Notes under the pieces: generated by a model
Database searches by the model: none
What the model saw: the letters and a program-made list of their open reading frames with translations, nothing else
What the model was told of the DNA's origin: nothing
Assembly: GCF_964213995.1 (NCBI RefSeq)
Contig: NW_027590192.1
Coordinates: 682,001 to 746,000, forward strand
Source: Mustelus asterias
Lineage: Eukaryota
Reading direction: 5' to 3'
DNA: 64,000 nt
Position numbers and translations under genes: made by a program
In this document: piece by piece, positions 13,301 to 24,360 of the stretch
How positions within the stretch are numbered: position 1 is the stretch's first letter
Layout: each line of letters begins with the position of its first letter

Positions 13301-13637
13301 CAATGCCACTACTTACGTTAGAACAAGGTGTATCTTGTCAATATTAGTCCCGTCCCTGTCGCAGTTATTACTGGAGTATACATGTCCGCGCCCCGAGTAC
13401 ACTAGACTCTGTATCAGTCGTTACTGCAGTGCAGAAAATATGTTTTCATCAGTTAGTGCTTTACTCGAATATGTTCCTGCTAAAATGTATTAGATATTGA
13501 TTCAGTTTACAATACACAAGGTCTGCCTTCATTATTGAAGCAAGTTACCTTGCATTTATTTATAAAACACTGGATTATTTGTCTGTTTATACGACTCTGC
13601 TTTCTGTGTCAACTGATACTGCACTAGAACATGACTT

Positions 13638-13963
13638 CAGCACGCACGGACTGCTGCTTCACAGCTCCAGGGTCCCGGGTTCGATTCCCGGCTCGGGTCA
13701 CTGTCTGTGTGGAGTTTGCACATTCTCCTCATGTCTGCGTGGGTTTCCTCCGGGTGCTCCGGTTTCCTCCCACAGTCCAAAGATGTGCGGGTTAGGTTGA
13801 TTGGCCAGGTTAAAAATTGCCCCTTAGAGTCCTGAGATGCATAGGTTAGAGGGATTAGTAGGTAAATATGTGGGGGTAGGGCCTGGGTGGGATTGTGGTC
13901 GGTGCAGACTCGATGGGCCGAATGGCCTCCTTCTGCACTGTAGGGTTTCTATGATTTCTATGA
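13638..13963 (+). mobile_element. HE1-type SINE
   Basis: Near-identical to 10000-10340, 5' end damaged. Confidence 0.9.
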
Positions 13964-14426
13964 TATGTGATCTTTGTGTTCTAAATTGACGAGCGCTCAC
14001 TGTGTGTTGCTTGTTTCTATCTTTCATTGAGCCATTACTGCTGTTTGTTCTGAAAAGCGTTTCGGAGCATCAGTGGAGCGATCGTGTCTCAAAGAAACAA
14101 AACTCAGTGTGGGCATGTGTACAAAAAGACTTGCACGTTAGATTCTGGAATATATTGGCAGCACTTTAGAAATAACACCTGTTCAACTTTTCCTGATGTC
14201 CTTTCAAATGGGTATAATAGAATATGTGAAGTCTTTGTTGATGTGAATTGTCAGTCTGTCCCCTATACTATGTAAATATTGAGATGTACTCTTTTCTCTA
14301 TTGTATATAATCCAGATGCCTCCTGTAATAGTTAGATTGTGATTGACTTTACTCATTTCCGAAGAGGGAGAGATATGCTCGTAATCAATAAAGCGGTTAC
14401 CTAATGTTTTACATCTTATTTTACAG

Positions 14427-14754
14427 GTAAAATCCAAGGGAATTTGGTTTCACAGTGTCAATCTAAGTTAAAAGTATCTGAGGGAGCTAATGTGCAATTG
14501 AACTCCAGTTCTGTTGATCCGATCGCTGCTGGTACCGGTTGTACCCGAACCAGCCACTCCAGTTTATATTGTATCGGGATAACACCAGGCGCAAGAACGC
14601 CGATTTTCCCAAAGGTAAATTCGATGCTCAACATTTCAGTCAATAACAGGTTTTCTTTTTGTCAGTTTTTGCATGGAGACTAAAGACAGCGCCCTCTGTT
14701 TCTGTGGATTGAGTATCATGATGGTTCAAACCGGCTGCGACCCGTACAAAAACC
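14427..14754 (+). pseudogene. TCR V pseudogene with degenerate RSS
   Basis: Acceptor ttttacag; frame pieces VSEGANVQLN / WYRLYPNQPLQFILYRD..NADFPKGKF / KDSALCFCGLS with frameshifts and a stop; CATGATG-22-ACAAAAACC (14717-14754). Confidence 0.85.
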
Positions 14755-16040
14755 TTGACAAAAACACAACGAAGACAGGGGGATCAGCAAAGGCATCTTC
14801 CAACCTTGAAAAATAAAATCCCTCGTTTATATAATGATTAAGAAAACTAACAGTTTTGTTCTGACAAATTGTTGTCAAGGATTATAAACACCAGTTACGC
14901 TTAGTGAATAGAGAAACTGAATTTGTTCCCTTGGAAACGAGAAGTTTCACGTGAATTTAAAATGAAGTGTCAAAATTAATGAAAGGATTTTAAATACTAT
15001 ATGACGAGGAATTATTTACATGGGCAGCAGGGACGACAATGAGAAGATACTGATTAAAGATAACCGGTCAATAGAAATGCTGGAGAAATTTATGATTATG
15101 TTCAAAGAGCGCCGTTATGATCTGCAAAACACTGCCTGAAAGACTGGTGGAAGCATATGCAGTGATAAATAATTGGGCGCATGTTGGAAAAAGACCAAAG
15201 TAGAGGACAAAGGATATGTATCTGATCTGAAGGAATAGCTCTTGCAGACTAGAAGTACAAGCAACTTAGCCGAATGCCTTCCTTCTGTGTCGTTTTATCC
15301 AGTGATTCGATAAATCATATCCAATCCTAACTCCGGCATAAACAACCGTTCCTGCTGCTGTCTCTCGTTCAAAATCCTAAAAGTGCCTCCAGAATCACAG
15401 TTGAAAGCACCTTCAACATTCACACTGGCGTGGTACTCAGGATGAGACCACAACGTAATTATGTGAGGTTCGCGATGGACAATAAATTGTGGTCTTGCTA
15501 TAATCGACGACAACTCGAGAAGAGAAAGAACCAAACAAAAATATATAGCACCTTATGAGAATCAGCACATAATTTCTTCCTCGCTTTGCATAATTCATTC
15601 TTTCATTTTTATTCGTGTCTTGTCTGCTCTATTTCAGGCCGGTTGCCTCTCTGCCAGTTTCTCTCATTTTCATTTCTTTGCATCTATAATGAAGTTCAAT
15701 GACAGATTACATGGCCAAATGTTATATTTTCTGAAAAAGTAGCGTGAGGAGGGAAGGGGCGAGGCTGAATTCCAAACACAAGCCCTGCCCAGAGCAGTTA
15801 AGCAGTCAGATGGTGTAACAGGAGCGAGAGAGAATATATCTGGCCAGTCAGCACTCTTGTTAACATGCTGCTACCCAGTTACCGCATTGCTAGTTTATAT
15901 TGGTAAACGATTTCCCGAGGCTCTTCCTCTCCTTCTGTTTTAGCTTTCTGTACAACAGTCGCTTAATTTAAAGGATTGCAATAGTAAATATATCCATATC
16001 TTCACACATGCGATTCAAGGAGATCACTGGCCAAGAAATA

Positions 16041-16522
16041 ATGGTGTTCTTCTGTTTTTGTCATCTGGTTATATTGTGGCTGTTGTTCGGTATGTAACAC
16101 CATCACTTCTTATCTGCTGGCAGTATTGTGATGTTAATGGACTCGCCGCTCAGTGTTACGTTAAAGCTTTCCTTATACTTTATACAGGGCTGGTTCAAGC
16201 AGATTCTCTGTCGCAACCTCAGACTGAACTGTATATTACTGAAGGAGATAGAATGAAAATGGCCTGCAGCTACACGACAAGTCACAGGTATCCCTTTCTT
16301 CATTGGTACAGACAGCAGAGTGACAAGGCTCCGCATTTTATTTTGTACCGAGATAGAAGCAACAGAAGAGACGCAGGTTTTGCCACGGGAAAATTCGAGG
16401 CCGACCAGACGAATGCAGAAAATAATTTTCCTTTAACGATTACTCGAGCAGAAATCCAAGATATCGCTGTCTATTTCTGCGTGTAGAGAGACACAGAGGT
16501 CATTTATCGCTGTACAAAACCT
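16041..16522 (+). pseudogene. TCR Valpha-type pseudogene (leader 16041-16089, V exon from 16188)
   Basis: Leader MVFFCFCHLVILWLLF; V with MACSY, WYRQ, DIAVYFCV then TAG; RSS CACAGAG with only a 15-nt spacer before ACAAAACCT. Confidence 0.88.
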
Positions 16523-17651
16523 CATTAAACAGACCTGGCTCAGGTGGTGTCGCCAGTTCAGGTTCTATCTGCGGTTCCGTGTCAACTGTTACATTTCTTA
16601 GTTCAACCGCCTCTTATTCAGGAAGCTGTGGGCTCGGGGCTCCCTTCAGAGACCTGAGCGCACATTCCACTGCCACTTACACTGCCAGTACTAGTGGAGT
16701 CCAAGCGTCTCCGCAGTGGATTGCTCAGATAAACTACTATTTGAGGCTCCGCCTGCCCTTTCTGGAGGATCTTAAACATTTCAGCGCACCAGCCTCTAAA
16801 GCAAGGCAGTTGTCTACAACATTCAAACCTCAGTCGACAAGCTGCAACAGACAACCACGTGACGTGGGATCGTACTCTGTTCATAGCGACTCTTTCCTAC
16901 ATTACAATAGTCACTGCACTTCAGATTTATTTCATTTTTATTGTGCGCAGGTTGGATGTACTCGGCCGTCCTTCTCTGTCTGTCATTGTTGGCAGCAATA
17001 GTAAATAATGCAACTTGCGGGCCTGCACACATCCTTTTCAGTTTCCCACTCAACACTCGCCCAAACAATGCCAATTGCCTGACTGGGCCTCAGGCCGGCC
17101 CTGGGGCGCTGACTTTTCAAACAACCAAACTGAGATTTCTGTACCAATCCAAGGAGAAAACTTGAGTTCAGTCCTCTAAAATGTCCCTAATTCCTCGCGT
17201 GCAACATTTGACTGGATTCCAAACAGCTTTCCTTCACTTTTAACGTCATTTGTGGCATGAACATGCACAAGCTCTCTCCTCCATCTTCTCCTCATCCACC
17301 TTTTACACAAGAGCGTTTTTAATGACCTCGTTGCTGTTCCTTGAGCGGACAGAGAAAGCCACAGGATGTCAATTATACCAATCAGGAAAAAAGCCTGATG
17401 AACTATATGAGTTCAACCGAATTTTATCTGGCTGTTTACAAACATGAGCATTTGTAAACATGACTGGAAGTTCACAGCTGCGTTCACCATTTAAATCCTT
17501 GAATTTAATTTGAAGGATGGGCGTGGCCTAATTTACCAGTGTTCGGGTCTGAAGTATTTCAATTCAGCCCTGAGGTCCAGTCTCCCAGAGCAGTCCAGCT
17601 CTACAGTCTCAGTTCCCAGTCATATAAACCTCAGTTCCAGGCGGCAGAGCG

Positions 17652-17694
17652 TTGGGAATCCTTCTTGTTTTCACCGTGTGTGCCTATTTACCCC
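17652..17694 (+). pseudogene. Damaged leader exon of NAR-TCR V (copy 1)
   Basis: TTG-GILLVFTVCAYLP; the paralog has ATG at this position; TATA-like catataaa upstream; expected donor reads atgagt instead of gtgagt. Confidence 0.7.
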
Positions 17695-17842
17695 ATGAGT
17701 ACCGATCAAACTAACCCACATTGTGTGGATTGAACATAAAGCTGCCCCAGTCCATCTCAATTACAAACACTGTCTGGGGTTTTAGCCCCGTTGTGCGGTT
17801 CGGCTCTGATGGTCCATTAAACTCTCTGTGTTGAATTTCCAG

Positions 17843-18133
17843 GATGTTTCAGTCAGTCAGTGACTCAAAGCCCGGCAGCGGTGACCAGGAAGGAGTGTCA
17901 GTCTCTCACCATCACCTGTGTTTTCAATGGTGTTTATGATTTAGAAAATGGCCATTTCTTCAGACAAACCGAGACTGGGACAGAGCGGGAGCGGATCTCC
18001 AGCGGAGGGAGGTTTGTTGTGTCGGTGAATGAAGCAGAAAAGACATTTTCGCTGGAAATTCGGGATATGAGAATTGAAGACACTGCCACCTATTATTGTA
18101 AAGCTCAGCACTGGTACTACACACATGGGACAC
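17843..18133 (+). CDS. NAR-TCR V segment (IgNAR-like V domain), copy 1, open frame
   Basis: SVTQSPAAVTRKECQSLTITCVF...ERISSGGRFVVSVNEAEKTFSLEIRD..EDTATYYCKAQHWYYTHGT: short VNAR-like domain lacking CDR2, with extra FR1 Cys. Confidence 0.9.
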
Positions 18134-18161
18134 CACAGTGGAAAAGAGGAGAACAAATACT
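18134..18161 (+). promoter_or_regulatory. 12-RSS of NAR-TCR V copy 1
   Basis: CACAGTG + 12 nt + ACAAATACT. Confidence 0.88.
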
Positions 18162-18492
18162 TAAGTATTTCTGAACAAGCGAAGCAATAATTTCCAGGAC
18201 ACGGACCACAGCTTGTCGGGTTGTTGTTATTATCGTTGCAACATGGTTTAATTTCGTTGTAATTTCCTCCTTTCAGTTATCTTTCTTTAACTTTTTTATT
18301 CCATTTCTACGAAGCGTCCATCTCCGCTCCGTTCCTGGGCCGTTTTGCCAAGAGTTCAGAGTGTCCCAAGGAACAGTTTGTTCCAATGGGAATTATAAAA
18401 CTATCATACTTCATTATTGACCTATAACCCCTGAATAATTGATAAACGCTGACTATTCGGTAATTTTTTCCCCATCAGTTTGAGGTGTCTGT

Positions 18493-18584
18493 CATTCTTG
18501 TACTGGGCTGACTGAGAGCGCTGACACCGTGGGGAGAATGGAGATTTACAGATGGGTCTGGGACGGTGGTGACTGTCTCAGCTG
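18493..18584 (+). CDS. NAR-TCR J segment with 5' 23-RSS (RSS 18493-18531, J 18532-18584)
   Basis: cattcttgt-23-caccgtg; encodes GEWRFTDGSGTVVTVSA (NAR-type DGxGT motif); donor gtaagc. Confidence 0.88.
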
Positions 18585-20079
18585 GTAAGCGACTCCAAAT
18601 CCCCCGTATTGCAGAATGTCCTGGTTCGTTTTCGCCGTCAGTTCATTCTTGTAGTGTGTCTCACTTCAATCCTCTGTGACTACAATAGCAGCGTGGGGGA
18701 AGGGGGTTTCTGTGGAAGATTTTCAATTGCAGTTTTAGATTTGGGAGCAGAATAGGAAACTGGAGTCGGGTCCACATTTTGAAGCTATGACTTCTGTCCT
18801 AGTGTCAACTTTGCTTCTCTCTGTGGCTCTTACGAAGGGTCATCCAGACTGGAAAGGTTGACTCTATTCTGTCTCCACAGATGCTGTCAGACCTGTTGAG
18901 CTTTCCCAACATTTTTCAGGTTTTGGTGTTGATATAAATCTTTAGCATTAATTTATAGGTTCATTAATGTACGAGTGGAGAAAATGATTCAGATTAAAGA
19001 AACATTTAATATGATGCCAGTGAGATAAAAGAAAAGGAAATTAGGAGGAATGTGGAGCGCGCTGCCACATGGAGTGGTTGCAGTAAATGGCGTAAGGAAT
19101 TTTTCTGACGGCGTGAAAAATCGAGGAGGGAGAAGGACACAGTGCTCAGTGTACAAAGGTTTCGTTAGGGATCGAGTATGAGAGGGGAGTAGGTACGTGT
19201 GCAGTGCAAGGACAAGCGTACTGTGAGCCGACTGGCCTACTTCTGTTCTGTGGAATCTATATCATATAAAATACAGAGAGGATTCTGCCCAGAAAGCATG
19301 GGGAACAATCAACCAATGGATGGAAGGAATTGAAAATCTCAGGCGCCTCGAAAAGGCAATTTTCACAGGAAGTAACAGTGAGCAAGTCGATCGGGGAAAC
19401 TGAGCATGCTGATCTCAACTGACATTGGAGAGTGTCTGGGACCGGTTCTCATGGTGGCAAGAAATCGCAAGCAGTACAAAGAGAACAACTCAGATTTATA
19501 AATCCACTGGTATTAACTGTAAATCATTCTAATATATAATATAAATTGTAGAATTGATGGACGAAACTGTGCAAAGAGTTGGACTGTAGTCAAAGGTTGA
19601 TCTTTGACACAGATATGCAATGTCAGTTTCGCTTAATCAGTTTCGCTGGGCGAGTATGACCGTCTTTGCCTGAATCTTGATGCGACCCAGCATATAAAAC
19701 GGCAGTGTTACTCTCAGTCAATCAACTCTGGACAGCAATTGTTATAGTGAGAAGAGTGAACTTTCATATAATTTCCTCAGGTTTGTAAATCGCCAATATA
19801 CACAGAAGCAGACACTAAATATAAAATCAGAAACCAGAGAAGGACATCACTCTGACAAAGTGGCCATTCTTTGCAGGTGCTACTGAACGTTTCCTATTTT
19901 ACCTTCCTGCTCTTCAAACCCCCGGAATTCTAATCTGATTCTGTATATTTCTTCCATTTACCGTTCGAAAATGAGTGTTGAATTTGTTTCCAACACACAT
20001 CTCCAAATAATCCAGATGAGCAAAATTCGCTGTGTACAAAAAAAATCATCTAAGTATCTGCCCCTCGGCTCTTTCGCCA

Positions 20080-20470
20080 TTTTTTTTCAATTCATCCTCT
20101 GGATGTGGGTGTCCCTAATTGCCTTTGAACAGGATGGCTTGCGAAGCCCATTTTAGAGGGCATTTAAGAGTCAACCGCATTTTTGTGTATCAGGAGCCAC
20201 ATGTAGGCCAGACCAGATAAGGATGGCAGATTTCCTTCCCTCAAGAACATTCGTCAAACACATGTGGTTTTAACGGCAATCGACAATGTTTTCATAGTCA
20301 TCTTTGAATTAACATGCTTGTTTTATTGAAATCAATTCAATATTGAATTGAAATTCAAATTTCACCATCTTCCGTGGCACCATTCGTACCCGTGTCCCCA
20401 GCGTATTACTTGGATTACTAAATCTCTGGATTAAGCAATCCAGTCATAATACCACTTTGCCACCGTCTCC
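20080..20470 (-). mobile_element. SacSINE1/DeuSINE-like SINE
   Basis: Homologous to 5450-5810 and 25545-25885. Confidence 0.65.
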
Positions 20471-20624
20471 CTAATTAATTATAGTGAATAAATGTCGCAC
20501 ACCCTTTAATGAAACAATTACGGGAAAATGGCGAGCTATTGACGCGATTATATTTCCCTGGGCAAACTAACATGCAACGCAAGTAATGGAATCATAGAAA
20601 TGCATTATTTTATAGGTTCTGCAG

Positions 20625-20930
20625 AATCCAGTTCATCTGTGTCACAGAATCCGTCTCTCCAAACCTGTGCTGCTGACGACACCATTACTTTAAACTGTGA
20701 ATATCCAGGATTTTGTCAACACACACTCTACTGGTACCGTCACTCTCCAGGAGAGACCCCAAAATACTTGCTTAAGAGACACACATCAGGCGAGGCGATC
20801 AAAGAAAACGCTGCCGGGCAGAGAATTTCTGCTTCTGTCGACCCTGTCGAAAAAATCAGCTGGTTAAAGATCTCCAAGCTGCGATTGAGCGACTCCGCTG
20901 TGTATTACTGTGCACTGAGTGGGCGCACAG
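20625..20930 (+). CDS. Leaderless NAR-TCR-supporting Vdelta segment, copy 1, open frame
   Basis: Acceptor ctgcag in phase with the NAR J donor; LNCEYPGFCQHTLYWYRH (CDR1 Cys) ... SDSAVYYCALSGRT; no leader exon seen; 23-RSS at 20931-20969. Confidence 0.9.
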
Positions 20931-21353
20931 CACAGTGATGCAGAACAGGGAGAGAGCCGTACAGAAACTTGAACATGGTGAGGATTACAGACAAAGTGAT
21001 ACAGAAGACGGGGCGAGTTATACAGAAGCCTGAACATGGTGAGCTCCCAAGAATCTGAAATGCATGTTCAGGTTTTTGTACAGCTGTCTCCGTGTTCTGT
21101 GTCACTGTGTCTGTAACCCTCATCATGTCTAGGTTTTTGTACAACTCTCTCCGTGTTCTGTATCACTGTGTCTGTAATCCTCACCACGTTCAGGTTTTTG
21201 TACAGCTGTCTCCGTGTTCTGTGTCACTGTGTCTGTAACCCTCATCATGTCCAGGTTTTTGTACAACTCTCTCCGTGTTCTGTATCACTGTGTCTGTAAT
21301 CCTCACCACGTTCAGGTTTTTGTACAGCTCTCTCCGTGTTCTGTGCGACTGTG
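20931..21353. repeat. Tandem array of 23-RSS units, 61-bp period: two on + (20931-20969, 20992-21030) and five on - (21071-21109, 21132-21170, 21193-21231, 21254-21292, 21315-21353)
   Basis: Four minus-strand units are exact CACAGTG-23-ACAAAAACC; 22-bp linkers; alternating A/B unit variants. Confidence 0.95.
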
Positions 21354-21656
21354 CTGTGCGCCAACTCAGTTCACAGTAATAAACAGCGGAGTCGCTCAGT
21401 TAAAGTTTGGAGATCTTTAACCGGCTGATTTTGACGGAAGAATCGATAGAAGCAGAAATCCTCCCCGCGACACTGTTTGATTTATTCTCCTCTCCAGAAA
21501 TGTGTGTCTGAAGCAGGTATTTCTGAGCCTGTCCTGGGGTCTGAGGGTACGTGTACTGTGTACTGACAGAGACCTGAATATTCGCAGCTTCAAATAACCG
21601 GTCACCGGCAGCAGAGGTTTGTAGAAGGGAACTTGGTGACACAGCTGAGCTGGAAT
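21354..21656 (-). pseudogene. Supporting Vdelta copy 2, pseudogene
   Basis: DSSSAVS..., CEYSGLCQYT in a shifted frame, ...GRISASIDSSVKISRLKISKL*LSDSAVYYCELSWRT; frameshifts and an in-frame TAA. Confidence 0.9.
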
Positions 21657-21761
21657 CTGCAGTGTAGAAATAAAATGAATTGTTTGTTGAGCCACTGTTT
21701 ACCCGGGAAAACTTGTCAATCGGATGAATACCTGTCTGTTGTGGCAATTTGTTTAATTTAA

Positions 21762-22113
21762 TTAGAATCATAGAATCATAGAAACCCTACAGTACAGAAA
21801 GAGGCCATTCGGCCCATCGAGTCTGCACCGACCACAATCCCACCCAGGCCCTACCCCCATATCCCTACACATTTACCCACTAATCCCTCTAACCTACACA
21901 TCTCAGGACACTAAGGGCAATTTTTAGCACAGCCAATCAACCTAACCCACACATCTTTGGACTGTGGGAGGAAACCGGAGCACCCGGAGGAAACCCACGC
22001 AGACACGAGGAGAATGTGCAAACTCCACACAGACAGTGACCCGAGCCGGGAATCGAACCCGGGTCCCTGGAGCTGTGAAGCAGCAGTGCTAACCACTGTG
22101 CTACCGTGCCGCC
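21762..22113 (-). mobile_element. HE1-type SINE, full length
   Basis: Reverse complement of the 10000-10340 family. Confidence 0.92.
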
Positions 22114-22117
22114 CTAG

Positions 22118-22448
22118 GGGGTGGCACGGTGGCAGAGTGGTTGCCAATGCTGCCTCACAGCGGCAGGGACCCAGGTTCAATTCCGGCCTCGGGTCATTGT
22201 CTGTGTGGAGTTTGCACATTCTCCCCGTGTGTGTTTGGGTTTACTCCGGGTGCTCCGATTTCATCCCACAGTCCAAAGATGTGCAGATTACGTTGATTGG
22301 CCAAGGTAAATTGACCCTAGTGTCCGAGAAAGATTAGAAGGATAAATATGTGGGGTTATGGGAATATTGCCTGGGACTGGGTGGGATGTGGTCGGTACAG
22401 ACTTGACGGGCCAAATGGCCTCCTTCTGTCCTGTAAGGATTCTATGAA
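22118..22448 (+). mobile_element. HE1-type SINE, older subfamily, head-to-head with the previous one
   Basis: ggtggcacggtggcagagtggtt head, V core, ttctatga tail. Confidence 0.88.
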
Positions 22449-23489
22449 TGTGTTTCAAAATGCATTGATTATTGGAAATAAACAAGCGTGGCAGATCTTC
22501 AGATCTTTTTTTCACAGAGAATTGCAGTCACCTGAAGTGCACTGCGGAAGGGGTGGTTCTGGAAGCAGATTGAACATTATCTTGAGGGGCAATTGAGGGA
22601 CAAAGACTTCTGGGACAGGACAAGATTCCAGTGGGGACAAAAAGAAGAACGAATGGATATATTGGCAGCACCTTCAAATTACTGTCATTATTGACAGAAT
22701 TGTGTTTTTTTTGCAGAGTATGATTTTATTTTTATTAAATATCTGCTAATAAATATGTTGGTGAAATGCGAACCAGAAAACTAAATCGTAAAGTTCACTC
22801 TTCCCGTCAATGAATCAATTGTTGTCTAGATTTGATTGTCCGAAGGAAAATCAGCAGTCTTATATTTCAGTACATACCAAGGTTCAGCACAGAACAGAGA
22901 TTTTCGTCCACACCTATTAATCCGAAATGACAATGTAAATCTGTGGGTCAAAGATCGACTTTTGGCCGCAGTTCAACATTACAAGGTAAATCCAGTCTGC
23001 CGTTGGGCTATTTGTCTCTTTCCGTCCATCAATTCTACCGTTTTACTTCCATTAGAAATATTTGCAAGTTGATTTCATTTTATTTCTACATCTGAGTTGT
23101 TTTCTGTCTGTTCATGGCGGTTTCTAACCGTCATGAAAACTTGCCCTAATTTCTCTCAGTTATCGGTTGGTTCAGTCTGTTCAGTTTCCGCAGTGGTTTT
23201 ACTGTTACTCACTGGGAACTGCCTTTACGGGATGTGATAATTTCAATCCCTTTAGTCCATTGGCTGATTGTTCCCTGTCCTTTCCGAACAGAATAGTCTC
23301 TGAGTTTTATATTCTACACTTTCCACTGAACACGAATAGGCCACTTGGTCCAGATGATCGAAGCTTGTTCTCGTACATCCCCTTCTCCTCTCATCCTCAG
23401 CTGTGTGTCTATTTATTCCTCTCTCCCGCCCATATTTTTCAAGCTGTGCCATAAATTCATCACGACGTTTTTCCAAAGAGCGAGCTTCA

Positions 23490-24360
23490 CATAGAACCAT
23501 AGAACCATAGAAAATTACAGCTCAGAAACAGGACTTTTGGCCCTTCTTGTCTGTGCCGAACCATTTTATGCCTAGTCCCACTGACCTGCACTTGGACCAT
23601 ATCCCTCCACACCCCTCTCATCCATGAACCCGTCCAAGTTTTTCTTAAATGTTAAAAGTGACCCCGCATTTACCACTTTATCCGGCAGCTCATTCCACAC
23701 TCCCACCACTCTCTGCGTGAAGAAGCCCCCCCTAATATTCCCTTTAAACTTTTCTCTTTTCACCCTTAACCCATTCCCTCTGGTTTTTTTCTCCCCCAGC
23801 CTCAGCGGAAAAAGCCTGCTTGCATTCACTCTATCTATACCCATCAAAATCTTATACACCTCTATCAAATCTCCCCTCAATCTTCTACGCTCCAGGGAAT
23901 AAAGTCGCAACCTATTCAATCTCTCTCTGTAACTCAGCTTCTCAAGTCCCGGCAACATCCTTGTGAACCTTCTCTGCACTCTTTCAATCTTATTTACATC
24001 CTTCCTGTAACTAGGTGACCAAAACTGTACACAATACTCCAAATTCGGCCTCACCAATGCCTTATATAACCTTACCATAACACTCCAACTTTTATACTCG
24101 ATACTCCGATTTATAAAGGCCAATGTACCAAAGACACTCTTTACGACCCTATCCACCTGTGACGTCACTTTTAGGGAATTCTGTACCTGTATTCCCAGAT
24201 CCCTCTGTTCAACTGCACTCTTCAGAGTCCTACCATTTACCCTGTACGTTCTTCTTTGGTTTGTCCTTCCAAAGTGCAATATCTCACACTTGTCTGCGTT
24301 AAATTCCATCTGCCATTTTTCAGCCCATTTTTCTCGTTGGTCCAAATCCCTCTGCAAGTT
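23490..24360 (-). mobile_element. CR1 LINE 3' fragment (young, frame open)
   Basis: ORF 23572-24375 LQRDLD..WQMEFN..LVRPNLEYCVQFWSP..RRLRGDLIEVYK; (catagaac)n tail. Confidence 0.93.

Noticed and set aside
12400-13630. AT-rich low-complexity stretch with several ORFs
   Set aside because: No clear periodicity or protein motif
18162-18492. Possible D segment (cacagct near 18206)
   Set aside because: No properly spaced nonamer, and the heptamer is not conserved in copy 2
20931-21353. CRISPR-like repeat-spacer appearance
   Set aside because: Vertebrate DNA, linkers are not unique, no cas genes; the units are RSSs
21762-22448. Head-to-head SINE pair as the cause of the cassette inversion
   Set aside because: It lies within one arm, about 1 kb off the symmetry axis, and is absent from the other arm, so it post-dates the duplication
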